Source: an uncultured Parcubacteria group bacterium
GTDB taxonomy: Bacteria > Patescibacteriota > Minisyncoccia > UBA6257 > 2-01-FULL-56-20
Reading direction: 5' to 3'
DNA length: 57,758 bases
NCBI GenBank assembly: GCA_903911245.1
Contig: CAIWCR010000028.1
Coordinates: 1-57,758, forward strand
Position numbers and translations under genes: made by a program. Position 1 is the stretch's first letter. The number at the start of each line of letters is the position of its first letter. This document shows, one piece after another, positions 10,130 through 19,894 of the stretch. A model generated the notes under the pieces. The model was not told where the DNA came from. It was given only the letters and a program-made list of their open reading frames with translations, and searched no databases.

Positions 10130-11134
10130 ATGTCTAAAAAACTGGCTGAAAATCAGAATAAAGACGATCAAAATATCGATCTCACCCTCCGTCCGACGGC
10201 GTGGGACGAATATGTTGGTCAGGAAAAAATAAAAAACAATCTCAAGGTTATTCTTGAGGCCGCAAAAAAGAGGAATGAATCGGCTGACCATCTTTTATTT
10301 TCTGGTCCGGCAGGATTAGGGAAAACGACGCTCGCCTATCTCGTTGCGCGTGAGCTTGGCGGAATGATAAAGACGACATCGGGTCCCGCAATTGAAAAAA
10401 CGGGAGACCTTGCAGCGGTTTTGACCAATCTTAGCCCTGGAGAGATTCTTTTTATCGATGAGGCGCACCGAATTAATCCGATGATTGAGGAAGTTTTGTA
10501 TCCTGCAATGGAATCGCGGAAACTTCATCTCATGGTCGGCAAGGGTCCCGGTGCACGAACTCTTTCGCTTGACCTCCCTCCGTTTACGCTTATCGCTGCG
10601 ACAACGCGAGAAAATCTTTTATCACAACCATTGCGCTCGCGATTTGGTGCGACACTCAGGCTTAATTTCTATGACATTGATGACATCAAAAAAATATTCA
10701 ATCGTTCGGCGAAGATTTTCAATATTGATATTTCTCCTGAGGCGGTTGAAATTCTTTCGCGTGCATCGCGTGGAACGCCACGTATTGCAAATCGTCTTTT
10801 GAAGCGTGCTCGTGATTTTGCCGAAGTGCGTGGAACAAAAGTAATCGATGAAAATGCAGCTCGAAAGACGCTTGAAATGCTTGAAATTGATGAGGTCGGT
10901 CTTGAACCACAGGACAGGCGGCTTTTAATGACAATTATTGAAAAATTTAACGGCGGGCCGGTAGGAATCAATACGCTTACTGCTGCACTTTCTGAAGAAC
11001 GAGGCGTGATTGAGGATATTTATGAGCCGTATCTCATGACGCTCGGCTTTATCCAGCGTTCTTCCGGCGGCAGAATTGTTCTTCCGGCGGCTTATAAACA
11101 TTTAGGAATAAGAAGTCGCGAGGAGCTGTTGTGA
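10130..11134 (+). CDS. ruvB: Holliday junction branch migration helicase RuvB
   Basis: LRPTAWDEYVGQ, GPAGLGKTTLA, LFIDEAHR, RGTPRIANRLL; start set at the MSKK ATG 10130. Confidence 0.98.
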   Translation: MSKKLAENQNKDDQNIDLTLRPTAWDEYVGQEKIKNNLKVILEAAKKRNESADHLLFSGPAGLGKTTLAYLVARELGGMIKTTSGPAIEKTGDLAAVLTNLSPGEILFIDEAHRINPMIEEVLYPAMESRKLHLMVGKGPGARTLSLDLPPFTLIAATTRENLLSQPLRSRFGATLRLNFYDIDDIKKIFNRSAKIFNIDISPEAVEILSRASRGTPRIANRLLKRARDFAEVRGTKVIDENAARKTLEMLEIDEVGLEPQDRRLLMTIIEKFNGGPVGINTLTAALSEERGVIEDIYEPYLMTLGFIQRSSGGRIVLPAAYKHLGIRSREELL

Positions 11135-11135
11135 T

Positions 11136-11702
11136 ATGATATTTATCAACGAGTGGCTGCCAAATCCTGTTGGCGTAGATACAAAAGGTGAATTTATTGA
11201 ACTTTTCAATAATGGAAAAACACCAATAGATCTGACTGGGTGGTCGCTTATAATAAAAAATGGAAAACATTTTTTGCTCTCTGGACATTATCTTTCGGCG
11301 GGTAGTTATCTTATTCTTCCGCGCGCTGAAACAAAATTGACCCTGAAGAACGCCGATGAACAATTGTCGCTTTATAGTGCGAATGGAACACTTATCGATC
11401 AATCAAATTTTTCCGGCGCTGCGCCAGACGGACAGAGTTTTAATCGTATTAATTATGGATCCGATGAATCACAACATTTCGCGTTTGGAGTCCTAACGCC
11501 AGGCAGGGCGAATGATAACTCGTTGCAGATTTCCTTAGTGGCGGACCATTATCCCCTGGGCGTTCCTATTAATCAAACATCAATAAGCATAATTCAGTGT
11601 ATCTTTCTCCTTATCGGCACTGCTGCTCTCATTGCTGGACTTATCATGTATACTATAAAGCAAGATGAAAACGCATCGAACCTTTTCTTCGAAAGAGACT
11701 GA
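11136..11702 (+). CDS. Lamin-tail-domain protein with C-terminal TM helix
   Basis: INEWLPNP...EFIELFN...DLTGWSL...TPG.AN LTD pattern. Confidence 0.8.
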   Translation: MIFINEWLPNPVGVDTKGEFIELFNNGKTPIDLTGWSLIIKNGKHFLLSGHYLSAGSYLILPRAETKLTLKNADEQLSLYSANGTLIDQSNFSGAAPDGQSFNRINYGSDESQHFAFGVLTPGRANDNSLQISLVADHYPLGVPINQTSISIIQCIFLLIGTAALIAGLIMYTIKQDENASNLFFERD

Positions 11703-12126
11703 AGAAATCGGCGAAGAAATTGCCAAGGCATTGATTGTTTCCGAATCGAAAACTCGTAATCATAAAGGAGCAATTATTTTTGCGCTTCATGGAGATCTTG
11801 GTTCCGGAAAGACGACTTTTACAAAAGGATTTTTTCGCGGACTTGGGATTAAGAGTCGCGTGAAGAGTCCGACATTCGTTATTATGCGTCGAAGCGCGAT
11901 TCATGGAAAAAACTTTAAAAATATTTTTCATATAGATGCCTATCGTCTTCGTGTGCTGAAGGATTTTTCAGCGCTCGACCTTAAAACTATTGTTGCCGAT
12001 GAAAAAAATATTATTCTTATTGAGTGGCCAGAGAATACAGAAGGCCTTATTCCTCGCACGGCACATAAATTAGAATTTCAATATGGAAAAAAAGAAAATG
12101 AAAGGATTATAAAACATAAAGCATGA
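11665..12126 (+). CDS. tsaE: tRNA threonylcarbamoyladenosine biosynthesis ATPase TsaE
   Basis: LHGDLGSGKTTF, VKSPTF, HIDAYRL, IEWPE. Confidence 0.96.
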   Translation: MKTHRTFSSKETEEIGEEIAKALIVSESKTRNHKGAIIFALHGDLGSGKTTFTKGFFRGLGIKSRVKSPTFVIMRRSAIHGKNFKNIFHIDAYRLRVLKDFSALDLKTIVADEKNIILIEWPENTEGLIPRTAHKLEFQYGKKENERIIKHKA

Positions 12127-13052
12127 CAAACTACTCTAAGCGACTACTTCTCATTGACGCCAATTCGGTTATCCATCGGTCGTTTCATGCTCTTCCTCCG
12201 TTTACGGCGCCTGACGGGAGTCCTACGGGCGCTATTTACGGCGTGGCGAGCATTCTTTTGAAGTTATGGCGCGAAGATAAGCCTGATTATGTTGCGGCTC
12301 TTTTTGATCGGCCAGAGCCGACTTTTCGTGATAAAAAATATGCAGAGTATAAGGCACATCGTCCGCCAGCGCCGGACATTCTCATTTCTCAGCTCATTGA
12401 AATGCATAATCTTTTTCACGTGTTTGGTGTCGCGACATTTGAAAAGCCAGGATTTGAAGCAGACGACCTTATTGCAACGCTTGCAACGCGTTTTAAAGAA
12501 GAGAATGATTTGCAAGTTGTTGTTCTCACCGGTGATCGTGACACGCTTCAACTCATAGAAGGGAATAAGGTGGTGGTGCAAACTTTTAATAAGGGAGTAA
12601 GTGACACGACGATCTATGATGAACAGGCAGTAATAGATAAATATGGATTGCCGCCGAAAACGATTATCGATTACAAAGCGCTTTCCGGTGATTCGTCAGA
12701 TAATATTAAAGGGGTTCCGGGTGTGGGACCAAAAACAGCAACAGAACTTCTAAAAAAATTCGGAAGCGTTGAAGGTATTTATGAAAATCTTTCGTCAGAT
12801 CCGAAGCTTGAAAAACGATTTGGGCCGTTTCGTAAAGAGGCCGAACTTTCAAAAGAGCTCGTTATTCTCGAAAAAAACGTTCCTATGGGCGACATAAAAC
12901 TTGAAGACCTCGCGATTCATAATGACGAAATGGAGATAATTGGCTACTTTGAGAAAAAAGGATTTTCAACACTCATGAAGCGGTTTGTGACAAAAGAGAT
13001 AGAGACAAAAGAAGATCCAAAACCGAAAAGTATTCAAGGGAGAATGTTTTGA
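12123..13052 (+). CDS. Stand-alone 5'-3' exonuclease (PolI N-terminal-like)
   Basis: LIDANS, YKAHR, FEADDLIATL, TGDRD, GDSSDNIKGVPGVGPKTA; no polymerase domain. Confidence 0.92.
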   Translation: MTNYSKRLLLIDANSVIHRSFHALPPFTAPDGSPTGAIYGVASILLKLWREDKPDYVAALFDRPEPTFRDKKYAEYKAHRPPAPDILISQLIEMHNLFHVFGVATFEKPGFEADDLIATLATRFKEENDLQVVVLTGDRDTLQLIEGNKVVVQTFNKGVSDTTIYDEQAVIDKYGLPPKTIIDYKALSGDSSDNIKGVPGVGPKTATELLKKFGSVEGIYENLSSDPKLEKRFGPFRKEAELSKELVILEKNVPMGDIKLEDLAIHNDEMEIIGYFEKKGFSTLMKRFVTKEIETKEDPKPKSIQGRMF

Positions 13053-13090
13053 GTCAAGACGAGGAAAATATCTTATTAGCTATAATTTTA

Positions 13091-13120
13091 AAAAAAGACC
13101 GCCGAGAAGCAGTCTTTTTT
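13091..13120. terminator. Bidirectional terminator between convergent genes
   Basis: AAAAAAGACCGC-CGAGAA-GCAGTCTTTTTT imperfect hairpin. Confidence 0.6.
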
Positions 13121-13154
13121 TGTGGGGAGAAGGGATAAGAATATAATTAAATTT

Positions 13155-15137
13155 TTATACCTCAATGATAACAGGGAGTATCATCGGTCTGCGGCGAGTT
13201 TTGTTGTAGAGGAATTGTCCGACCTGATCACGAATGAGGGTTTTTAGGTAATCCGGATCGGGACTTTCATGGCTGGGGAGACGAGAAAGAAGTAGTCGGA
13301 TGCGCTTTCGTATTTCTTCGAGCATATCCTGGTTTTCTTTGAGGTAGATGAATCCGCGTGAAATGATATCAGGATTTTTAAGTAAGGTTCCCTTGTCGTG
13401 GTCGAGCGTCATGATAATGACGAGCATTCCTTCCTGTGCGAGGGCGCGACGATCGCGAAGAACTATTTCCTCAACATCGCCGACGCCGAGGCCGTCCACC
13501 ATAACATAGAATGCTGGTACCGTTTCTTTTGTGATTTTGAATGCATCCTTAGTGAGCTCTGCCACTTGGCCATTATCCATAAGGATTGTGTTTTCCTTTG
13601 GAACGCCGACCTCTTGTGCTGAAAAGCCATTTGTGGCGCGCATGAAATAATATCCATGGATCGGCACAAAAAATTTCGGTTTAATAAGCGACGTTACGAG
13701 TTTTACATCTTCTTTTGGTGCATGTCCTGAAGCGTGAATATCAATTAGATTTGAGTGGTATACAATTGCGCCTTGTCGTGCGAGGTTGTCTTTCAAATAT
13801 TGAACGCTACGTTCATTTCCTGGGATGACCGATGCTGAGAGAATGAACGTATCCCCTGCTTTTGCTCGTAAGTGTGAGTGTTCGCCATTGATTATTTTCA
13901 TAAGGCTGGCATTTGATTCTCCTTGTGCGCCAGTTGAAAGGACCATGACTTTGTCGTCGCGAAGTCTGTGAATTTCTTCAAGCGAAACAATGGTTCCTTC
14001 TTTTGCTTTGATAAACCCAAGATTCTGAGCGATTTGTACGTTTGCTTTCATTGAGTAGCCAGAGAATGCCACCTTTTTACCAAGCTTCTCGGCAATTTTT
14101 ATAATCTCGGCAATTCTTGTGAGGAGTGACGAGAACGTCGCGACAAAAATTCTTCCTTTTGCTGCCCGAAAAAGATCTTCAAGATTTTTTTCTACGGTTC
14201 TTTCTGATACGGAGTGCCCCGCTTTTTCTGCATTTGTACTGTCGACAAAAAAACTATGGATTCCCATCTTTCCGATTTTTTCGAGCTCTTTCAATCCTTG
14301 CGGTTCATCTTTTTCGTTATAGTCTACGCGAAAATCTCCGAAGTGAACCATGTTTCCAACAGGAGTTTTCAAAACAACGCCGGTTGTTTCTGGGATGGTA
14401 TGAGGAACACCGAAGAAGAGCGCGCTAAAGTAATTAGAAAGCTTCATCTCGTCGTTGTTCTTTACCACCTGAATTTTCATTTTCGGTGAATTTGGAAAAT
14501 CTTCTCGTCTTTTTTCGATGATCCCTTTTGTGATTGACGTTGCATAAATTGGAGGATTGCCAAGTTTCTCTAGAAGATGTGGTAGGCCGCCGATGTGATC
14601 ATAGTGTCCATGCGTGATGATGATGGCCTGGATGTTCGCTTTCTTTTTTTCGAGATAGGAGATGTTTGGAATAATATAATCGATGCCGGGAGTTTCCTCT
14701 TCGGGGAACTGAAGGCCCATATCAATAATTATGATTTCATTTTTATACTCGAAGAACATACAGTTGCGGCCAATCTCTTCTAATCCTCCAAGCGGCACAA
14801 AACGTACAGCATCGGCATTTGTTTTTTCATGAGGAGAAGACGCGTCATGGTGCTGTAGAGATGTTCGCGAGGGGGACGCGTGTGATCCACCGAATTTTCT
14901 TTCGGAAGATGCGGATCGACCTCGTTTTTCTGAGGTTTTCGCATTGCGATTTTGGGGCGACGAACTATAACTTGTTTTCCATTCAGATTTTTTTACTTGA
15001 TCTTGGGCCGGCGGCAGTTGATGTTTTACTTGAGAGGAATCAGAAGTCCTCCGTATTTCCGGCGGCTTTATCCTTTGTCTCTCCCCTGAAAGATGGGGTC
15101 TTTCAGGTTTTTGCGATGATTCGTTTTTTCTTATCAT
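13155..15137 (-). CDS. rnj: Ribonuclease J (with low-complexity N-terminal extension)
   Basis: PLGGLEEIGRN, THGHYDHIGG, HASGHA, PIHG, RRPMILPVIIEV. Confidence 0.97.
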   Translation of the reverse strand: MIRKNESSQKPERPHLSGERQRIKPPEIRRTSDSSQVKHQLPPAQDQVKKSEWKTSYSSSPQNRNAKTSEKRGRSASSERKFGGSHASPSRTSLQHHDASSPHEKTNADAVRFVPLGGLEEIGRNCMFFEYKNEIIIIDMGLQFPEEETPGIDYIIPNISYLEKKKANIQAIIITHGHYDHIGGLPHLLEKLGNPPIYATSITKGIIEKRREDFPNSPKMKIQVVKNNDEMKLSNYFSALFFGVPHTIPETTGVVLKTPVGNMVHFGDFRVDYNEKDEPQGLKELEKIGKMGIHSFFVDSTNAEKAGHSVSERTVEKNLEDLFRAAKGRIFVATFSSLLTRIAEIIKIAEKLGKKVAFSGYSMKANVQIAQNLGFIKAKEGTIVSLEEIHRLRDDKVMVLSTGAQGESNASLMKIINGEHSHLRAKAGDTFILSASVIPGNERSVQYLKDNLARQGAIVYHSNLIDIHASGHAPKEDVKLVTSLIKPKFFVPIHGYYFMRATNGFSAQEVGVPKENTILMDNGQVAELTKDAFKITKETVPAFYVMVDGLGVGDVEEIVLRDRRALAQEGMLVIIMTLDHDKGTLLKNPDIISRGFIYLKENQDMLEEIRKRIRLLLSRLPSHESPDPDYLKTLIRDQVGQFLYNKTRRRPMILPVIIEV

Positions 15138-15167
15138 ATTAGTTTATTTTTTATTACAACATTATTG

Positions 15168-15251
15168 TGCCCCCCAGAGGATTTGAACCTCCACGTCCTT
15201 GCGGACACACGCACCTGAAGCGTGCGCGTCTGCCAGTTTCGCCAGAGGGGC
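15168..15251 (-). tRNA. tRNA-Leu(CAG)
   Basis: GCCCCTC/GGGGGGC acceptor, CACGC-TTCAGGT-GCGTG anticodon arm, long variable arm, GGTTCAAATCC T-loop; CCA not encoded. Confidence 0.95.
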
Positions 15252-15257
15252 AGATTA

Positions 15258-15332
15258 TAGAACCCATCTCAAACGCCGCGACACATTATTACATACCAGT
15301 GTTTATGAAAGCGATTTTTGAGATAGGTTCTA
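15258..15332. mobile_element. Putative MITE / IS-end remnant
   Basis: 16-bp terminal inverted repeats with 15/16 match (TAGAACCYATCTCAAA), starting and ending in TA; no coding capacity. Confidence 0.5.
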
Positions 15333-15457
15333 AGGCGTGAAATTTAAATTTTTACAACAGCGCCGTCTCGAGGGTGGTGATGGGCGCTTTGGAGGGAACT
15401 ATCTTAGAAGCTGTAGTATATCACGGAAACAAGGAAAAGGTCAAATTTGGGAAATTA

Positions 15458-17110
15458 TTATTTTAGCACTCTTGTCATGTTAAGGTACCAATTCCCCGCG
15501 TTTTTAAATCTATCTGACGGGTCAGAGAGAACGTCGGTTGCGATACCATGAATGGTTTTGTTGGTTATGTAGAGGTAATTGGTCGAGTAGAGAAAGACGG
15601 CGGGATAATCGAAGGTGATTATATTTTGAACATTTGCAAACTGGGCGGCCCTTGCCTCATTATCGGGATTTCCACGAATAGTATCGAGAAGTGAATTAAC
15701 TTTAGGATTATTATACATTGCGAGATTGAGTCCGGGAGCGAGTGATTGAGTTGAATCCCAAAATGGATAAAGATCGGAGCTTGGCCCAAGGACAATTCCA
15801 AAGAGAAGTGCGTCATATGTGCGATTCGGTATAATATTTTTTGCGATATTATCGGGTGAGTCGGGGATAATGGTCACTTGTACCCCCATTGTTTTCCAAG
15901 ACTCTTTTATGATGTCGGCCGTTTTTAGGAGGAAAGAAACCTGAGGGACGACAAGTGTTATTGAAAGAGGGATGGAGGATTTTCCAATATTCTTTATGCG
16001 AAGTCCTTCATTGGTTATTTTCCATCCTGCGTCGTCGAGCGTTGTTGAGGCGAGGTCGAGCGAAGATAACGTTGGGGTCGATGCATTATATGCTGCATCA
16101 TAGGGAATCGGTCCATCGTCTGGTTTTCCATATCCGCCGAGTACCTGGTTTACGAGCGTGTTTTTATTGATCACTAGAGAGAGCGCTTTTCGTACGGCTA
16201 CATCTTCGAGCGCCGGATTTTTTGTTTGGTTTAGAAATACGGCGTAATAATTTGGAATTCGGAACGCGAAGAGATCATATGGCCTCTTTATATTAGTAAT
16301 ATTTTCAGGCGAGATACCGCCAAATCCATCAACTTGTCCTGAGTTGAAGTTTTGTATCAGAAGATCCTTGTTGTTTGAAAATTGGAAATCAAAATTTTGA
16401 ATAAGGGGTTTTGTTCCAAAATAGCCATCCCACGCCTTGAGGTGATAGGAAGTAATAAATCCATCGGGGCGTTTTTCGTACGAAGAAAATGAATATGGGC
16501 CGCTCCCCACGGGCTTCAAGTTATAATCCGAAAGTCGCCAATTACCGGGGGGGATATCAGCAAAAAGATGCTTGGGAAGGATGTAAAGGCCCTTGAGGTT
16601 GTCGCCGAAAAATGCGTATGGTTTTACCAGTGAAAATTGGAGTTCGAGCTCGCTTATGCGACTTACTGCAACCCCCGCCCAGCTATCTGAGAGAGGAGAA
16701 TCGGAGTCTTTATTCTGAATTTCTTGGACGGTAAATATTACGTCATCGCTCGTGAGTCGTGTATCATCTTGCCAATGCAAGTTTTCCTTGAGACGAATCG
16801 TCCATGTTTTTGTATCAGACGAAATCTCAATTTTATCGGCAATATCGTAGATGTTGCTATAAACCATTCTAACAAGGTCGCGATCGGTTTCGCTTTTAGC
16901 AGTGACTGGATTGACATACTCTGGCTGTCCTATAATGCCTTCGGTGTATTGCCCTCCCGATGCAGGAACAGCTCTCGTTTTTTCTATTATTATTATTCCT
17001 GCAATAGCACCGATACTTACAATGATTACTGCTGATGCGAGCCAAAAGGAAACGCGTTCTCTTTTGGTGAAGGCAGCGAAAACTTTTTTGAAAAATGATA
17101 GTGTGAGCAT
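15458..17110 (-). CDS. Peptide ABC transporter substrate-binding protein (family 5)
   Basis: N-terminal TM, WQDDTRLTSDDVIFT, PVGSGPY, VRKALS. Confidence 0.9.
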   Translation of the reverse strand: MLTLSFFKKVFAAFTKRERVSFWLASAVIIVSIGAIAGIIIIEKTRAVPASGGQYTEGIIGQPEYVNPVTAKSETDRDLVRMVYSNIYDIADKIEISSDTKTWTIRLKENLHWQDDTRLTSDDVIFTVQEIQNKDSDSPLSDSWAGVAVSRISELELQFSLVKPYAFFGDNLKGLYILPKHLFADIPPGNWRLSDYNLKPVGSGPYSFSSYEKRPDGFITSYHLKAWDGYFGTKPLIQNFDFQFSNNKDLLIQNFNSGQVDGFGGISPENITNIKRPYDLFAFRIPNYYAVFLNQTKNPALEDVAVRKALSLVINKNTLVNQVLGGYGKPDDGPIPYDAAYNASTPTLSSLDLASTTLDDAGWKITNEGLRIKNIGKSSIPLSITLVVPQVSFLLKTADIIKESWKTMGVQVTIIPDSPDNIAKNIIPNRTYDALLFGIVLGPSSDLYPFWDSTQSLAPGLNLAMYNNPKVNSLLDTIRGNPDNEARAAQFANVQNIITFDYPAVFLYSTNYLYITNKTIHGIATDVLSDPSDRFKNAGNWYLNMTRVLK

Positions 17111-17165
17111 AAAGAAGAGCCGATTTCTTAATACCGGGACATTGCCGCGATGCTAGGAATAAATA

Positions 17166-17384
17166 CTAATGGATCCCTGCGGAAAGTCCGTATACTGCTA
17201 CAATCGCTAACGCAACAACAAGCACAATCGTCGTGTAAAAGATTATTTTTTCTGCGCCACGGCGAGCCTGGTAAAAACCAATTCCTTCGCCGCCGAGAAG
17301 TCCGGACATGCCGGATGAGCGCTCCTGAAGAAGAATAAGTACGATAATAGCGATCGAGAGGACTATTTGGATAAGTGCAATCAT
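17166..17384 (-). CDS. secG: Preprotein translocase SecG
   Basis: Two TM helices, ILLQERSSGMSGLLGG...RRGAEK. Confidence 0.9.
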   Translation of the reverse strand: MIALIQIVLSIAIIVLILLQERSSGMSGLLGGEGIGFYQARRGAEKIIFYTTIVLVVALAIVAVYGLSAGIH

Positions 17385-17416
17385 GTTTTTTAAAGTCTAG
17401 TTGGGATTCGGATGCT

Positions 17417-17791
17417 TTATTTTTCCACCGCGAGATGGATTACGAAGTTTATGATTCCGAGAAGAAGCGTAGCATAAATGAGTGCCGGAATGCTCTCTAT
17501 AGTAATGCTTCCCTTCAAAATGTCAATGTGATTTCCGAGAAATTGGAGAACAAGGAGAATTGCAGCGTTTACCACAATAATGCCGAGGCCAAGGGTAAGA
17601 ACAATGATAGGGCCGAAGATGAGCGTAAGAATTGGTCTCAGGATTGCGTTTAAGAGCATAAGAACAAGGGCGATGATGATAAGCTGAGGAATGGAATCGC
17701 TGATGACAAATCCTGGTATGTAATGGCTCGCCACCCAAAGCCCAAGGGTGTTTCCGGCGATAATAATAATAATTCTTCCGAGCCAGTGCAT
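17417..17791 (-). CDS. 4-TM phage-holin-family membrane protein
   Basis: LNAILRPIL...P...LTLGL...VNA pattern. Confidence 0.8.
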   Translation of the reverse strand: MHWLGRIIIIIAGNTLGLWVASHYIPGFVISDSIPQLIIIALVLMLLNAILRPILTLIFGPIIVLTLGLGIIVVNAAILLVLQFLGNHIDILKGSITIESIPALIYATLLLGIINFVIHLAVEK

Positions 17792-17933
17792 AGAAATAGT
17801 ATAGCATGAATATATGATTTGGTGTTGCTGATAATATGAGTGTCATATGTTTGAAACGTCGTATCGTCGCGATAATCTCGTATTATGGTGCTTGCCCTGG
17901 CTTTTTTGAAAAGACTTGCTATAATAGACAGCA

Positions 17934-18068
17934 ATGTCACGTACTTATAATCCAAAAAAGAAAAAGAGAGCCCGCACGCATGGCTTTTTGGCGCGCGCTG
18001 CGACGCCGACGGGGCGAAGGGTTCTTGCGCGCCGCAGGGCAAAGGGGAGAAAGAAGTTAACGGTATAG
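17934..18068 (+). CDS. rpmH: 50S ribosomal protein L34 (below ORF-track cutoff)
   Basis: Manual translation [44 protein letters not shown]; precedes rnpA. Confidence 0.97.
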   Translation: MSRTYNPKKKKRARTHGFLARAATPTGRRVLARRRAKGRKKLTV

Positions 18069-18088
18069 CCGCATATTAAAGCAGTATC

Positions 18089-18403
18089 ATGCTTTCTCAA
18101 TCATCGCGCCTTCCCTATCGCGAGTTTCGTTTGCGGGGGTATCGCACTATACCAACCCCTTTTTTTGTTTTGAAAATAAAAAAGGGAGCTGGGGTTGAAA
18201 ATAGACTCGGGGTTGTGATAAGTGCCGCCGTCGAGAAGAAGGCAACGCGCAGAAACTTCTGGAAACGCCAGACAAAATCAATGTTCGCGTTGCTTCCTCC
18301 CATGGGTATCGATTTTCTGATTATCTTTTCGGGGGGCGTGAAGCAATGCACTATAAAAAAATTTAAGGAGGAATTTCTCCGCGTAGCGCATACCGCACAT
18401 TAA
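18089..18403 (+). CDS. rnpA: Ribonuclease P protein component
   Basis: RLGVVISAAVEKKATRRNFWKR (RNR-like motif); synteny rpmH-rnpA-yidC. Confidence 0.9.
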   Translation: MLSQSSRLPYREFRLRGYRTIPTPFFVLKIKKGAGVENRLGVVISAAVEKKATRRNFWKRQTKSMFALLPPMGIDFLIIFSGGVKQCTIKKFKEEFLRVAHTAH

Positions 18404-18407
18404 TATT

Positions 18408-19115
18408 ATGATTTATCTTTATAACGTCATTTTCTATCAGCCGATTCTCAATGTTCTTGTATTTTTTTATAACACGATTGCACTTCGCGACTTTGGTCTT
18501 GCAATCATTTTGACCACGCTTCTTGTGAGAATTCTCCTCTTCCCGTTCTTCCATAAGAGCTCTCATCAGCAGATGGTGATGCAGCGCATCCAGCCGAAGA
18601 TAAAAAAGATCCAGGAGACGCACAAGGATGATAAGGAAAAGCAGGGACAGGCGCTCATGGATCTTTACAAGGAGCATGGCGTAAATCCTTTTTCGGGGTT
18701 TTTGCTTCTTATTATTCAACTTCCCATTCTCATCGCGTTGTATCAAATTGTGCAATCGAGTTTTGGGGCGGACGTTCTCAATCAGCTTTATTCCTTTATT
18801 GCGACGCCGGGGACTATCAACTCGACATTTTTAGGAATTATTAATCTCAGTGATAAAAATTTAATATTGGTTGTCGGCGCTGCTGCCGCACAGTATTTCC
18901 AGGCAAAACTTGCTATTTATCAGGTAAAAGGAGAAGCTCCGTCGCAGGCTCAGAAGATAGCGAAGCAGATGGCGATCATGGGGCCACTTCTTACGATTTT
19001 TATTTTCTATAATTTCCCGGCGGCGGTTGGTCTCTATTGGCTCGTCTCATCAGTTTTTTCCGTTTTTCAACAAGTGATCATCAATAAGAATTTGAAGGAA
19101 AAATACGGGGAATAG
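18408..19115 (+). CDS. yidC: Membrane protein insertase YidC/Oxa1
   Basis: FGLAIILTTLLVR, QPKIKKIQ, LYKEHGVNPFSG, QLPIL, GLYWLVS. Confidence 0.95.
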   Translation: MIYLYNVIFYQPILNVLVFFYNTIALRDFGLAIILTTLLVRILLFPFFHKSSHQQMVMQRIQPKIKKIQETHKDDKEKQGQALMDLYKEHGVNPFSGFLLLIIQLPILIALYQIVQSSFGADVLNQLYSFIATPGTINSTFLGIINLSDKNLILVVGAAAAQYFQAKLAIYQVKGEAPSQAQKIAKQMAIMGPLLTIFIFYNFPAAVGLYWLVSSVFSVFQQVIINKNLKEKYGE

Positions 19116-19240
19116 GACTACGCACTTTCATTTTCAAGGGAGGGGTACCGCGGGAACTTCATTTTTCTAAGCTTGCAACTCGCTAAGAAGAATTGGTCGC
19201 TCTCTTAACTCCTTTAAAAATGAGAGTGCTCCGTTTGTGG
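19115..19240. repeat. Palindromic intergenic repeat, copy 2
   Basis: ~21-bp imperfect stem 19122-19142/19209-19229 with the same flanking motifs as 9933-10002. Confidence 0.55.
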
Positions 19241-19358
19241 CAGAAATTCTTATTTATTAGCTTCTTTGTCGTTAAGAAATTCTAAACGCTTGCGTTTTTG
19301 CGGGAAAAATGAAATAGTGTATAGAATAAACAATCTATAGGAAATTACAAAAACAGAC

Positions 19359-19829
19359 ATGTGGGAACCGCTTATTAAAGGAATTGTTGACCGTATGGGT
19401 TTTCGGGATTACCAGCTTGAGGTATCGCCGGAGGAGGGTCGTGCTTCGCTTTTTATCTATGAAGATTCGGCAACATTCAAGGAAAACTTGCCGGTGATTG
19501 TTGACTCACTGAATCACCTCTTACAGATGATAGCGCGAAAAAATCAAAGCAAGGCGCTTTTTTTGGATATCAATCGTTATCGACAAGAGCGTGAGAATCT
19601 TATAGCCGAGCTTGCAAAGGCAGCGGCAAAGAAGGCGCTTGCTACCAAGGGAGAAATTCTTTTGCCTGCTATGAACTCGTATGAGCGGAGATTGGTGCAT
19701 GTAGCACTTGCGATACATCCTGATGTTATGACGGAGAGCGCAGGGGCCGGAAAAGGAAGATATGTAATAATAAAGCCGATTGATTTTAAGAAAAAGGAAG
19801 AGCAGGATAAGACGGAAGAAAGCGAATAG
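19359..19829 (+). CDS. Jag/KhpB-like R3H-domain RNA-binding protein
   Basis: LDINRYR, LPAMNSYERRLVH, TESAGAGKGRYVII; follows yidC. Confidence 0.9.
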   Translation: MWEPLIKGIVDRMGFRDYQLEVSPEEGRASLFIYEDSATFKENLPVIVDSLNHLLQMIARKNQSKALFLDINRYRQERENLIAELAKAAAKKALATKGEILLPAMNSYERRLVHVALAIHPDVMTESAGAGKGRYVIIKPIDFKKKEEQDKTEESE

Positions 19830-19845
19830 AAAACTGTGATTGGAT

Positions 19846-19877
19846 ACATAAAATCCCCGCGTGCGGGGATTTTATGT
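19846..19877. terminator. Bidirectional terminator
   Basis: ACATAAAATCCCCGC-GT-GCGGGGATTTTATGT perfect inverted repeat between convergent genes. Confidence 0.8.
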
Positions 19878-19894
19878 GCTCGTCATAGAGATTC

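Noticed and set aside
17417..17791. Holin-family gene as a prophage marker
   Set aside because: Sits among secG/rpmH housekeeping genes with no endolysin or other phage genes.
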